NCBI GenBank assembly: GCA_030167145.1
Contig: CP126532.1
Span: forward strand, 2,400,001-2,432,000
Source of the DNA: Ktedonobacterales bacterium
GTDB taxonomy: Bacteria; Chloroflexota; Ktedonobacteria; Ktedonobacterales; JADMIN01
Direction of reading: 5' to 3'
Length of the DNA: 32,000 nucleotides
Position numbers and translations under genes: made by a program. The notes below the pieces were generated by a model. The model worked only from the letters and a program-made list of their open reading frames with translations. It was not told the origin of the DNA and searched no databases. Of the stretch, positions 24,914-32,000 are shown in pieces. Positions within the stretch are counted from its first letter, which is position 1. The number at the start of each line of letters is the position of its first letter.

Positions 24914-25192
24914 TATCAATTTTAACTTTTTCAATATTCTCATCAAAATTATTGATATTTGCCACGCGCGTCGGCTGCCGGATCGCCCAATATCGCGGCG
25001 AACCCTGGTGCGGCGCGCATTCCGCATTGGCGCGAAGGCGCGGGAGAAGGGCTAGTTCCGTGATATATGACAAATTTTTCGTAGTGTAACCAGTCGCGCG
25101 AACATACGTCTGTACATGTGTACCAGGGCGGCGCATTCTGAGAGCGATTCCCCGGGAACGACTTATCCCCCTCATGTCAGGAAGGTCAGTTC

Positions 25193-25552
25193 ATGCCTAC
25201 CGCAACCCGGAAAACGGAACTCTCGCCGCTCGAAGCGATCGTTGTCGAACAAGCCTTGGGCGCTGAGGCGCTGCGCAACACCCGTGATGGGGTGCTGGCG
25301 CGCATCCAGCAGCTCACGAAAGAACGTCAGAAACTGTACGCAAAGTCGGGGGCGCATCCCCTGCTTGCCCCAGCGTATGGCCCACGCATCCGGGCGCTCG
25401 GCGTCGAGATCGAGATGCTGTGGGAGCTTCTGCGACGCCAGCGCGCGTCGCGTCGTGTGCAGATGGAGCGGGCGCTCCACGTCACGGGAGAATCCGACGA
25501 CAACGAACAACGCGAGCAGCGTGAGGAGCACGGCGACACCGATGCCGCTTAG
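25193..25552 (+). CDS. Small helical hypothetical protein (DUF2630-like?)
   Basis: GGAAGG SD upstream of ATG 25193. ARIQQLTKERQKLY...IEMLWELLRRQRASRR resembles DUF2630-type proteins; that match is from memory only. Confidence 0.6.
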   Translation: MPTATRKTELSPLEAIVVEQALGAEALRNTRDGVLARIQQLTKERQKLYAKSGAHPLLAPAYGPRIRALGVEIEMLWELLRRQRASRRVQMERALHVTGESDDNEQREQREEHGDTDAA

Positions 25553-25577
25553 GCGGCGCGGTACACGCACGTGCGCG

Positions 25578-25617
25578 AAACGGGGCCAGCTTCCCATCAG
25601 CGGGAGCGGCCCCGTTT
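25578..25617. terminator. Bidirectional intrinsic-terminator-like hairpin between convergent genes
   Basis: AAACGGGGCC (25578-25587) pairs with GGCCCCGTTT (25608-25617). The stem extends inward (GCTTCCC with GGGAGC, one bulge) around a 6-nt loop. It is flanked by A3 on one side and T3 on the other. Confidence 0.55.
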
Positions 25618-25708
25618 GCGTTTATCTGGCGCGTGTGGAGGGGATCTGCGCCCAACGGCGCATAGAAATACATGTGGAAATACGCGGATACTCCATACTA
25701 CGGTGACG

Positions 25709-25999
25709 TCACATCTTGCCGAGAATCGTTTCTATCTCGCCCTCATCGAACGCACGAAGGGTTTCGGTCCGAACGTTGCCGAGGCTGCCGACGGCCATGA
25801 TCGTCGCCATCGCCGTCTGCTCATCGGGAACATCGAGCGTCACTACGATGTCATATGCCCCCTGAGTCCAATAGATGCTGCCGAGCTTGCCGCCACGGCG
25901 CTCCACATCCGCGCGGAACGCACGGGCACGCTGCACCGTATCCTTCACGGTTTTCGCGCCCTGATCGGTGAACCTGACCAGCGTCACATACCTGGGCAT
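25709..25999 (-). CDS. GYD domain protein
   Basis: MPRYVTLVRFTDQGAKTVKDT...IYWTQGAYDIVVTLDVPDE contains the GYD motif, and the ~96-aa size is typical. ATG 25999 is preferred over the ORF opening at 26023. Confidence 0.85.
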   Translation of the reverse strand: MPRYVTLVRFTDQGAKTVKDTVQRARAFRADVERRGGKLGSIYWTQGAYDIVVTLDVPDEQTAMATIMAVGSLGNVRTETLRAFDEGEIETILGKM

Positions 26000-26195
26000 G
26001 GCGCTGCACCTGCCTTTGCTCACGACTCACCGCGCCGCTGGCGCTTCTCCTTGCCACACGCTGCTTCCATCAAGTCGCAGGCTGCGCCGGATGTCAATGG
26101 GGCAAAGTGGGGAAGGCTAGCGCATATTGCGGCTCACGTCCAGTGATATGATGCGATAGAGATAGCGCTATCCAGAGACATAGGCGGACGGACAT

Positions 26196-26867
26196 ATGGC
26201 GAATACAACGACGCGGCACGAGCGCGGCGACCAACATAACGCGCACGACGATGATGCGCCAGCGGCGACAACGGACGAACACGGCGGCGAGCGCGGGCGG
26301 AACACGTTGCGCTCGATCATCCTGGGGCTACTGGGCGCGCGGGCGATGTCGGGCTACGACATCAAGCGTGCGTTCGACCGCTCGCTGGCAACCTATTGGA
26401 ACGCGGGCAACAGCCAGATCTACACCACGCTGAAGGCGCTGGCGGCGGATGGGCTGGTATCCTCAGAGCTGATCTATCAGCAGGGGCGCCCCAATCGAAG
26501 GGTGTACCGGCTGACCGACCGCGGGCAGGCGACGCTGGACCGCTGGCTCAGTGATCCCGTGCCAGAGCGTTTCACCAAGGATGAATTTCTGACCAAGCTC
26601 TTCTTCTGCGGCCAGACCTCAGACGCGGTGGCGCTGCGGCATCTTGAAGAACATCGCGAGGCGCTGGTGGCGCAGATCGCCTATATGGAGTGGGTGCTGC
26701 GCGAGTTCGGCGGGCGGGCGTCGCGGCGTCCGCGCCTGCTGGAATACCAGTTGTTGGTGCGCGACTATAAGCAAGCGGCACTGCAAGCCGACCTGGACGT
26801 GACCGAGCGGGCAATTGAGCGGCTACGCGCACGGCTGGCGGAGGATGAAAGCCAGCGCGAACGCTAG
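26196..26867 (+). CDS. PadR family transcriptional regulator (long form with C-terminal helical domain)
   Basis: Winged-HTH region LRSIILGLLGARAMSGYDIKRAFDRSLATYWNAGNSQIYTTLKALAADGLV...RRVYRLTDRGQATLDRWL. Confidence 0.9.
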   Translation: MANTTTRHERGDQHNAHDDDAPAATTDEHGGERGRNTLRSIILGLLGARAMSGYDIKRAFDRSLATYWNAGNSQIYTTLKALAADGLVSSELIYQQGRPNRRVYRLTDRGQATLDRWLSDPVPERFTKDEFLTKLFFCGQTSDAVALRHLEEHREALVAQIAYMEWVLREFGGRASRRPRLLEYQLLVRDYKQAALQADLDVTERAIERLRARLAEDESQRER

Positions 26868-27442
26868 AGATAGCAAGGCGGGCTGCTGCCCCGACGGCGG
26901 TACTGCTCGCGGTTGAGGGCCTCCTGCCCAAGCTGGCGTACCAGTGTGGAAAGCGGGATGTCGGCGGGGAAGCCGTCTTCGTAGCCAAGCTTGCGCGCCC
27001 GCTCGCGGCTCACCTCTGGGCCGATCAGCGCGGTGAAGCAGCGGTCGAGCAGGCCAGTGCGCTCGGCGGCGGCAAATACGTCGCGTACCCAACGCTGGCT
27101 CGCAGACTGCGCGCACTCGGTCTGGGCCAGCGTTTCGCCGCGCGCCCAGATCAGCGTCACATCATCGTCGAAGCGCAGCGTATCGGCAAGCAGCGCCGCG
27201 ATGTCGTCCACGCTCGCGCCGGGTGGGGGCGTGAGGGCGCGCACCAATACTTCCGGGTAGCTCGCCAGATGCGCGCAGAGGTCAGCGCAGTCGTCATCGC
27301 CACCGGGCGGCGCAAGCACCGAGATGCTGAGGCGGTGGCTCAGCGTGGCGCGCAACCAGGCGTTGACCGCCGCGAACTCGGCATCCGCCGTGCGCGTATC
27401 CATGAGAAACTCCAACTCGTCCACATACAACATCTGGAGCAT
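26864..27442 (-). CDS. Hypothetical protein, 192 aa (last gene of the kinase/FHA operon)
   Basis: Same strand as the upstream kinase gene and 63 nt downstream of it. GC3-rich codons. It has a faint flavodoxin/B12-binding-like pattern but no DxHxxG motif. Confidence 0.6.
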   Translation of the reverse strand: MLQMLYVDELEFLMDTRTADAEFAAVNAWLRATLSHRLSISVLAPPGGDDDCADLCAHLASYPEVLVRALTPPPGASVDDIAALLADTLRFDDDVTLIWARGETLAQTECAQSASQRWVRDVFAAAERTGLLDRCFTALIGPEVSRERARKLGYEDGFPADIPLSTLVRQLGQEALNREQYRRRGSSPPCYL

Positions 27443-27505
27443 ATGACGCCTCCCGCTGAAGATATGATCGTTCAGCAGCGGAAAGCGTGCCAGTTGTTGG
27501 GCTGG

Positions 27506-28741
27506 CTACTGCAATTGGCGGCGGCACGTGGCGCAGAAGCGCTGGGTCGGCGCATTGCGCGCGCCGCAGATCGGACAGATGATCGCCAGCGGCTGACGAC
27601 AATTCGTGCAGAAGCGATTGCCCTGCGCGTTCGGCGCGCCGCAGGCGGGGCAGCGCACCCAGCTTGCGGTGTGCTGCTGATAGGGGCCTTGCGACGCAGG
27701 CGGGGCTGGTTGAAGCGGGCGCAACGCCAGCCCACAGGCAGAGCAGAAGTTTTGGTGCGGGGCGTTGGGATGGTGGCAGCGCGGGCAGACCAGCGCCCCC
27801 AGCGGCGCGGATGGCACTGAGCGGCGCGGCGCGCCTGTCGGCAGTGGCTGCGCGCCGGGTGTGGGCGCGGCGGTTTGCCTGCCCACGGCGGCGCTGGGCA
27901 TCGGCGCCTGAGCCGCCACGGCCTGCTCCAGCGCGATGGCAAGCTCGGTCGCCTTCTGGAAGCGTTCGGCGGGATTCTTCTCCAGCGCCTTGAGGATCAC
28001 CGCCTGTACTGCTGGCGAGATGTGCGGGTTGAGTTGTGAGGGCGGCGGCGCTGGCTCATAGATGTGCGAGTGAGCGAGGGCGGTATAGTTGTCGGCGATG
28101 AATGGCGTGCGCCCGGTGAGCATCTCGTAGAGCATCACGCCAAGGGCGTAGATGTCGCTGCGATAGTCCACGCCGACGCCACGGCATTGCTCCGGCGACA
28201 TGTATTCGGGCGTGCCAACGCCCGCGCCGTCGCGGGTGAGCGCGGCGGAGGTGGCCAGTACTTTAGCAATGCCGAAGTCGCTCAGCACGGCGCGCCCACC
28301 GAGGTCCATCAGCACGTTGACGGGCTTCACGTCGCGGTGAACGATGCCCATGGAGTGCGCATAGGTGAGCGCGCCCGCAATCTCGTTGACGATGCGCACA
28401 ATGTCGCGCAGCGGCATCTTGGCGAGCATGCGCTGCTTCAAGTTGCCGCCTCCGACATACTCCATGGTGATGAAGAGGCGCCCGTTCTCTTCGCCCGCGA
28501 AGTAGACCGCGACGATATTCGGGTGCGAGAGCCGCGCCATCGCCCGCGCCTCCAGCTTGAAGCGTTCGACAAAGGCCTCATCGGCGGCATAGTAGGGCGG
28601 CAGCACCTTGACGGCGACATCGCGCTCAAGGTTCGCTTGCTTGGCACGGTAGACCCGCGCCATCCCTCCCTGGCCCAGGAGTTCTTCGATGACGCAATCT
28701 CCCAGAGTCGCGCCGATTAGCTCGTCATCCACGCGATTCAC
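27506..28741 (-). CDS. Ser/Thr protein kinase with three C-terminal zinc ribbons
   Basis: Hanks kinase motifs GQGGMARVY, VAVKVL, HRDVKPVN, DFGIAK and GTPEYMSPE. The C-terminus has three C-x2-C-x10-C-x2-C ribbons (CPRCHHPNAPHQNFCSAC, CPACGAPNAQGNRFCTNC, CPICGARNAPTQRFCATC). GTG start at 28741. Confidence 0.9.
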   Translation of the reverse strand: MNRVDDELIGATLGDCVIEELLGQGGMARVYRAKQANLERDVAVKVLPPYYAADEAFVERFKLEARAMARLSHPNIVAVYFAGEENGRLFITMEYVGGGNLKQRMLAKMPLRDIVRIVNEIAGALTYAHSMGIVHRDVKPVNVLMDLGGRAVLSDFGIAKVLATSAALTRDGAGVGTPEYMSPEQCRGVGVDYRSDIYALGVMLYEMLTGRTPFIADNYTALAHSHIYEPAPPPSQLNPHISPAVQAVILKALEKNPAERFQKATELAIALEQAVAAQAPMPSAAVGRQTAAPTPGAQPLPTGAPRRSVPSAPLGALVCPRCHHPNAPHQNFCSACGLALRPLQPAPPASQGPYQQHTASWVRCPACGAPNAQGNRFCTNCRQPLAIICPICGARNAPTQRFCATCRRQLQ

Positions 28742-28778
28742 GTCCCCCGCTCGTCCCCAACGCGCCGCGCATCGGTGG

Positions 28779-29861
28779 CTAGCGGCGCGTAAACTTCAGC
28801 ACCGTCTGGCCGACCTGCACCTCGTCGCCTTCATCGAGCATCTTTTCGTTGACACGCTGCCCGTTGACGTAGGTGCCATTGGCGCTGCCCTCATCGCGCA
28901 GCAGATAGCGCCCGTCCATTTCGCGATTGATGCTGGTGTGCAGGCGCGAGACGGCCAAATCTTCTAAGAAAATGTCGCTCTCGCGGCTGCGTCCGATGGT
29001 GATGCGATCTTTGCGTAGCTCATAGGGGCGCCCCTGCTCTTTGCCTTCCTGCACCACCAGCACATAGGAGCGCTGCGGCGTATCTGGGCGGGCGCTGCGT
29101 GTCCGCTCCATATCCGCGTAGGCTGCGCCCGCGCCACCAGCCGCACCCCACTGCTGCGCACCCTGCTGCGCGCCCCAATCCTGTCCCATGGTGGGTTGTT
29201 GCGCGCCGCCCATGCCCCAGCCGCCTGCGCCACCTGTTTGCGCGCCTGCCCATTCGGGTTGTGCGGCACCTTGCTGGCCGCCCCAGCCCTGCGCTCCACC
29301 CTGATCCCACGGCGCAGGTGTGCCCTGCGATGGCATCCCAGCGTGTGCGTCCCATGCGGGCTGGCCCGCACCGGCAGCCGGGTTCATGCCCCACGCGCCC
29401 TGGCCGCTCGATTGATTGCCCCAGGCGCCCTGCTGGCCGCCGGTTGCGTAGTCCTGACCCCAGCCAGCGGCAGCGGCTTGCTGGCTGCCCCATTGCGCCT
29501 GCGAGTTCGGCCCCGCCGCGCCGCGTGGGTCGGCGTAGTCTTGCCCCCAACCCGCGCCAGAGCCACCACGCGCGCCAGACATCTGGCCCGCCGCGCCATA
29601 ATCGTAACCACCGGAGGCGGGGCCGCCCTGGCGCTGCCATGCGCCATCAGCCTCGTTGCGCGGCTGGCCGATAGGGCCAACCTGTGCATCGTAGCCCAGC
29701 CCGCTCGATGCTTTGCGACCCGCGCTGTTGCTACGCAGCACCATCACAAAGACCAGCACGATTGTCAGCACGACCACCAGCGCTGCGGCGGCGACCGCCA
29801 CATTGCTGCTCAGCCCGCCGTCACCAAGGACGACCAGCCAGGTCTGCGCGAATGTCATCAT
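28779..29861 (-). CDS. Membrane-anchored FHA domain protein with Trp/Gly/Gln-rich disordered linker
   Basis: N-terminal TM segment (VAVAAAALVVVLTIVLVFVMVL), about 200 aa of low complexity with 13 Trp, and a canonical C-terminal FHA domain (ITIGRSRESDIFLEDLAVSRLHTSINREMDGRYLLRDEGSANGTYVNG). GGGGAAGGAA SD. Confidence 0.85.
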   Translation of the reverse strand: MMTFAQTWLVVLGDGGLSSNVAVAAAALVVVLTIVLVFVMVLRSNSAGRKASSGLGYDAQVGPIGQPRNEADGAWQRQGGPASGGYDYGAAGQMSGARGGSGAGWGQDYADPRGAAGPNSQAQWGSQQAAAAGWGQDYATGGQQGAWGNQSSGQGAWGMNPAAGAGQPAWDAHAGMPSQGTPAPWDQGGAQGWGGQQGAAQPEWAGAQTGGAGGWGMGGAQQPTMGQDWGAQQGAQQWGAAGGAGAAYADMERTRSARPDTPQRSYVLVVQEGKEQGRPYELRKDRITIGRSRESDIFLEDLAVSRLHTSINREMDGRYLLRDEGSANGTYVNGQRVNEKMLDEGDEVQVGQTVLKFTRR

Positions 29862-29884
29862 CGTATCATTCCTTCCCCAGCAGA

Positions 29885-31057
29885 TTAACGCGGGCGAATT
29901 TCAAAGCGAAGCTCGATATTGCCCAGCCGCAGCGCATCACCGGAGTGCAACTCCAGTTCTTGATGCGGTGCAAGTTGCACATTGTTGACGCGCGTCGGAT
30001 TGAAGGCGTTCATATCTTCGATATAGAAGCTGCCACCACGGCGGGTGATGCGCGCGTGGCGGCGCGAAACAGTCTGTGCGGGGTCCAGCGGCAGCAGATC
30101 CACATCGGGATGCACCCCGCGCTGTGGGTCGCTGCGACCAATAATCATATCGGGCGCGCTCAGCGTAAACGACGCGCCACCACCCGCTGGCTGCAGCGTC
30201 GCCAGCGGCTCCAGCGGGCGCGATACGCCCGTCTGGCGCACTGGCAGCCCGGCAAGCGCCTCAGTAAAGGCGAGCGGTGTCTGAAAGCGATCTTCGCGCG
30301 ACTTGGCCAGTGCTTTCTGGAAGAAATCATCGAACTCCGGTGGCAACTCTGGGCGCAGGCTCCGGGCCGACGGGATCGGGCCATTCAGGTGTTGCATTAC
30401 TACGTCCCAAGCATGCTCTCCGTCAAACGGCACCCGGCCCGTCAATAGCTCGAAGAAGACGCAGGCCAGCGAATACAGATCGGCGCGCACATCGGCGCGG
30501 CGGCTGTTCTCCACCTGCTCCGGCGAGACGTAGTATGGCGTGCCGACAAAGAAGCCAGTAACGGTGATGTCGGCGGATTCATTGCTGCGGGCGAGGCCAA
30601 AATCGGCGAGTTTGACCGTGCCATTCACGCTCAGCAGCAGATTCTGCGGCTTGATGTCGCGATGCACGATGCCGCGCTCAGCCGCCGCCGCGACCCCCGC
30701 CGTCGCCTGCTCGGCCACGTCAATCGCGCGTGCGGGCAGGAACGCGCCGCCCGTGAGCACCGCATGCTTGAGATTGTGGCCGTCCACGTAATCCATGACG
30801 ATGAAAAGCCCGCCACCTTTATCTTCGCCGAAGTCCACCGGACTGACGATATGTGGCCCAGAGAGGCGCGTGAGCAACTCGAACTCGCGCTTGAAGCGCT
30901 CGACCAGCTCACTATCCGCAGACGCCTGTTTGCTCAGCACTTTGACAGCATACAGTCGGTTTGTTTCCAGATCACGACCGATGTAGACAGTGGCCATGCT
31001 GCCATTGCCGCGCTCATCAATGAGCTTGAAACGATTTTTTAGCACCCGCCCAAGCAT
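29885..31057 (-). CDS. Ser/Thr protein kinase fused to a C-terminal FHA domain
   Basis: Kinase motifs YAVKVL, HRDIKPQN, DFGLAR and GTPYYVSPE. C-terminal FHA domain: MIIGRSDPQRGVHPDVDLLPLDPAQTVSRRHARITRRGGSFYIEDMNAFNPTRVNN. Confidence 0.9.
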   Translation of the reverse strand: MLGRVLKNRFKLIDERGNGSMATVYIGRDLETNRLYAVKVLSKQASADSELVERFKREFELLTRLSGPHIVSPVDFGEDKGGGLFIVMDYVDGHNLKHAVLTGGAFLPARAIDVAEQATAGVAAAAERGIVHRDIKPQNLLLSVNGTVKLADFGLARSNESADITVTGFFVGTPYYVSPEQVENSRRADVRADLYSLACVFFELLTGRVPFDGEHAWDVVMQHLNGPIPSARSLRPELPPEFDDFFQKALAKSREDRFQTPLAFTEALAGLPVRQTGVSRPLEPLATLQPAGGGASFTLSAPDMIIGRSDPQRGVHPDVDLLPLDPAQTVSRRHARITRRGGSFYIEDMNAFNPTRVNNVQLAPHQELELHSGDALRLGNIELRFEIRPR

Positions 31058-31171
31058 GCCTGCCCCCTACCCGGAGTCCTCCGAACCTGTGCTCTTGCGC
31101 GTCCAGATGCACGAAATCGAATCTACGCTTCTGCTACCACACGTCCCGACTGCCTCACGTCAACACGGCAT

Positions 31172-31199
31172 GTCGCCAGAATATAGTCGCCAGGATATA
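31172..31199. repeat. Tandem 14-bp direct repeat GTCGCCAGAATATA / GTCGCCAGGATATA
   Basis: Read directly at 31172-31185 and 31186-31199 (13 of 14 identical), inside the 420-bp divergent intergenic region upstream of the kinase operon. Confidence 0.85.
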
Positions 31200-31477
31200 C
31201 CAGAACACACCAGGGCGCGCGCCGACGAAATCTTCGCGGCCTTCTTGCAAAACGGTTCAGGACGTTTCGGGTTGCGCCCCATTATAGCAACGCATGCCTA
31301 GCCGCCGCAACGGCATCCGCCCATCTTTCCCTTCTCGCGCGCGGAGGCTTTCGACGCGGCGCACTTCCGGCACACTTTATGCAAAGCTTCCGTTGACCGC
31401 GATGCACGGCCAGGATAGCGAGCAAAACAAGCGAGCAGGAGCAGCGCATCAGGCGCTGACAATCAGGAGGTACTCGA

Positions 31478-31723
31478 ATGGGAATGCTTCGAGTGATGTC
31501 GCGACGTGGTGACGACCGTGTCGCCTGGGACGTAAGCCGAGCGCAAGTAGGTGAGCTTGACGCGATTGCAGCGGTGAAGGAGGCCGAGCGCATTTTCGCC
31601 GAGGAGCGAGCAAAAGGCGCAACCGCATTCAAGGTAGAGCCGGGCCAGGCGCCCGTTCGCATTGATCAGTTTGACCAGACGGCCGAGCAGATCGTGCTGG
31701 TGCCGCGAGTCGTTGGGGGTTAG
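31478..31723 (+). CDS. Hypothetical protein, 81 aa
   Basis: AGGAGG lies 7 nt upstream of ATG 31478. Composition looks GC3-rich and coding-like. No motif recognised. Confidence 0.6.
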   Translation: MGMLRVMSRRGDDRVAWDVSRAQVGELDAIAAVKEAERIFAEERAKGATAFKVEPGQAPVRIDQFDQTAEQIVLVPRVVGG

Positions 31724-31728
31724 CGGGG

Positions 31729-32000
31729 ATGCTCTGGGAAGGCTTCCTCGCGCTCCTCGGAATCTGGGCGCTGTTCCTGGTGCTGGCCCTGGTCTATCTG
31801 GCGCGCATCGCGGATGGGGGCTGGGGCAACTGGGGCCACGCGCTGAAGAGCCACATCACGGCGGAGCGACGCGCGCACACGCTCATGCGCGAGATGCTCT
31901 CGCCGGAGGAGTATCAGCACCTCACGCGGCATGGCTTCGTCGAGCTACACAGCCCATCGCTCCCTAACCGGACGTACCGGATTCCGGCGGGAGGCGGATT
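31729..32000 (+). CDS. Hypothetical membrane protein (5' part; runs off the window end)
   Basis: This ORF is absent from the track because it has no stop in the window. ATG 31729 lies 5 nt after the previous stop. My own translation is MLWEGFLALLGIWALFLVLALVYLARIADGGWGNWGHALKSHITAERRAHTLMREMLSPEEYQHLTRHGFVELHSPSLPNRTYRIPAGGG, with no stop before base 32000 and an N-terminal TM helix. Confidence 0.5.
   Translation, partial: MLWEGFLALLGIWALFLVLALVYLARIADGGWGNWGHALKSHITAERRAHTLMREMLSPEEYQHLTRHGFVELHSPSLPNRTYRIPAGGG

Noticed and set aside
29148-29639. WG/GW repeats read as Argonaute-hook motifs (as in eukaryotic GW182-type proteins)
   Set aside because: There is no Argonaute or PIWI gene in the window, and the resemblance rests on dipeptide composition only. 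It is kept as a generic sticker-spacer disordered region instead.
1-32000. tRNA, rRNA, tmRNA or other classical RNA genes in the intergenic regions
   Set aside because: I scanned the larger gaps (1186-1398, 3506-3768, 9223-9394, 10328-10637, 13137-13439, 15584-15882, 24811-25192, 31058-31477) by eye. I found no cloverleaf-like acceptor or T-arm pattern and no rRNA-like conserved block. tRNAscan-SE or Infernal would be needed to be certain.

Overview
High-GC bacterial chromosomal window, roughly two-thirds G+C by eye with AT-rich patches at promoters. GGAGG-type Shine-Dalgarno sites are common. The gene content would fit a Chloroflexota- or Actinomycetota-like organism, but the taxon cannot be fixed from sequence alone. 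I can support about 30 protein genes. Ordinary content: the 3' part of a CDC48-like AAA+ ATPase, aspartase (aspA-like), a SAM methyltransferase, an orphan HlyD-type adaptor, an S9 peptidase, an mntR-mntH manganese module, a MazG-like gene, a lipoprotein L,D-transpeptidase, GYD and PadR. Accessory-looking blocks: (1) a minus-strand operon with its own consensus promoter (5244-9339), encoding a hyper-acidic 72-aa protein hidden inside a spurious 347-aa ORF, a 796-aa SWIM zinc-finger protein, and a 433-aa protein sharing an XPB-N-terminal-like module, with no ATPase or nuclease motif seen; (2) a four-gene Ser/Thr-kinase/FHA operon (26864-31057), plus a distant FHA protein carrying the same C-x2-C-x10-C-x2-C zinc ribbons; (3) an IS607-type remnant with an apparently catalytically intact, cysteine-less TnpB and a truncated serine-recombinase tnpA; (4) a low-GC islet encoding a matrixin-like metzincin and a lipoprotein; (5) a DUF2089 / unknown / DUF4097 operon with a textbook promoter and an AT-rich inverted repeat. 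I saw no rRNA, tRNA or CRISPR array. Most long track ORFs lying antisense to these genes are GC-driven artefacts. All domain calls come from motif recognition by eye. No database search was run, and family names should be confirmed with HMMER or HHpred.
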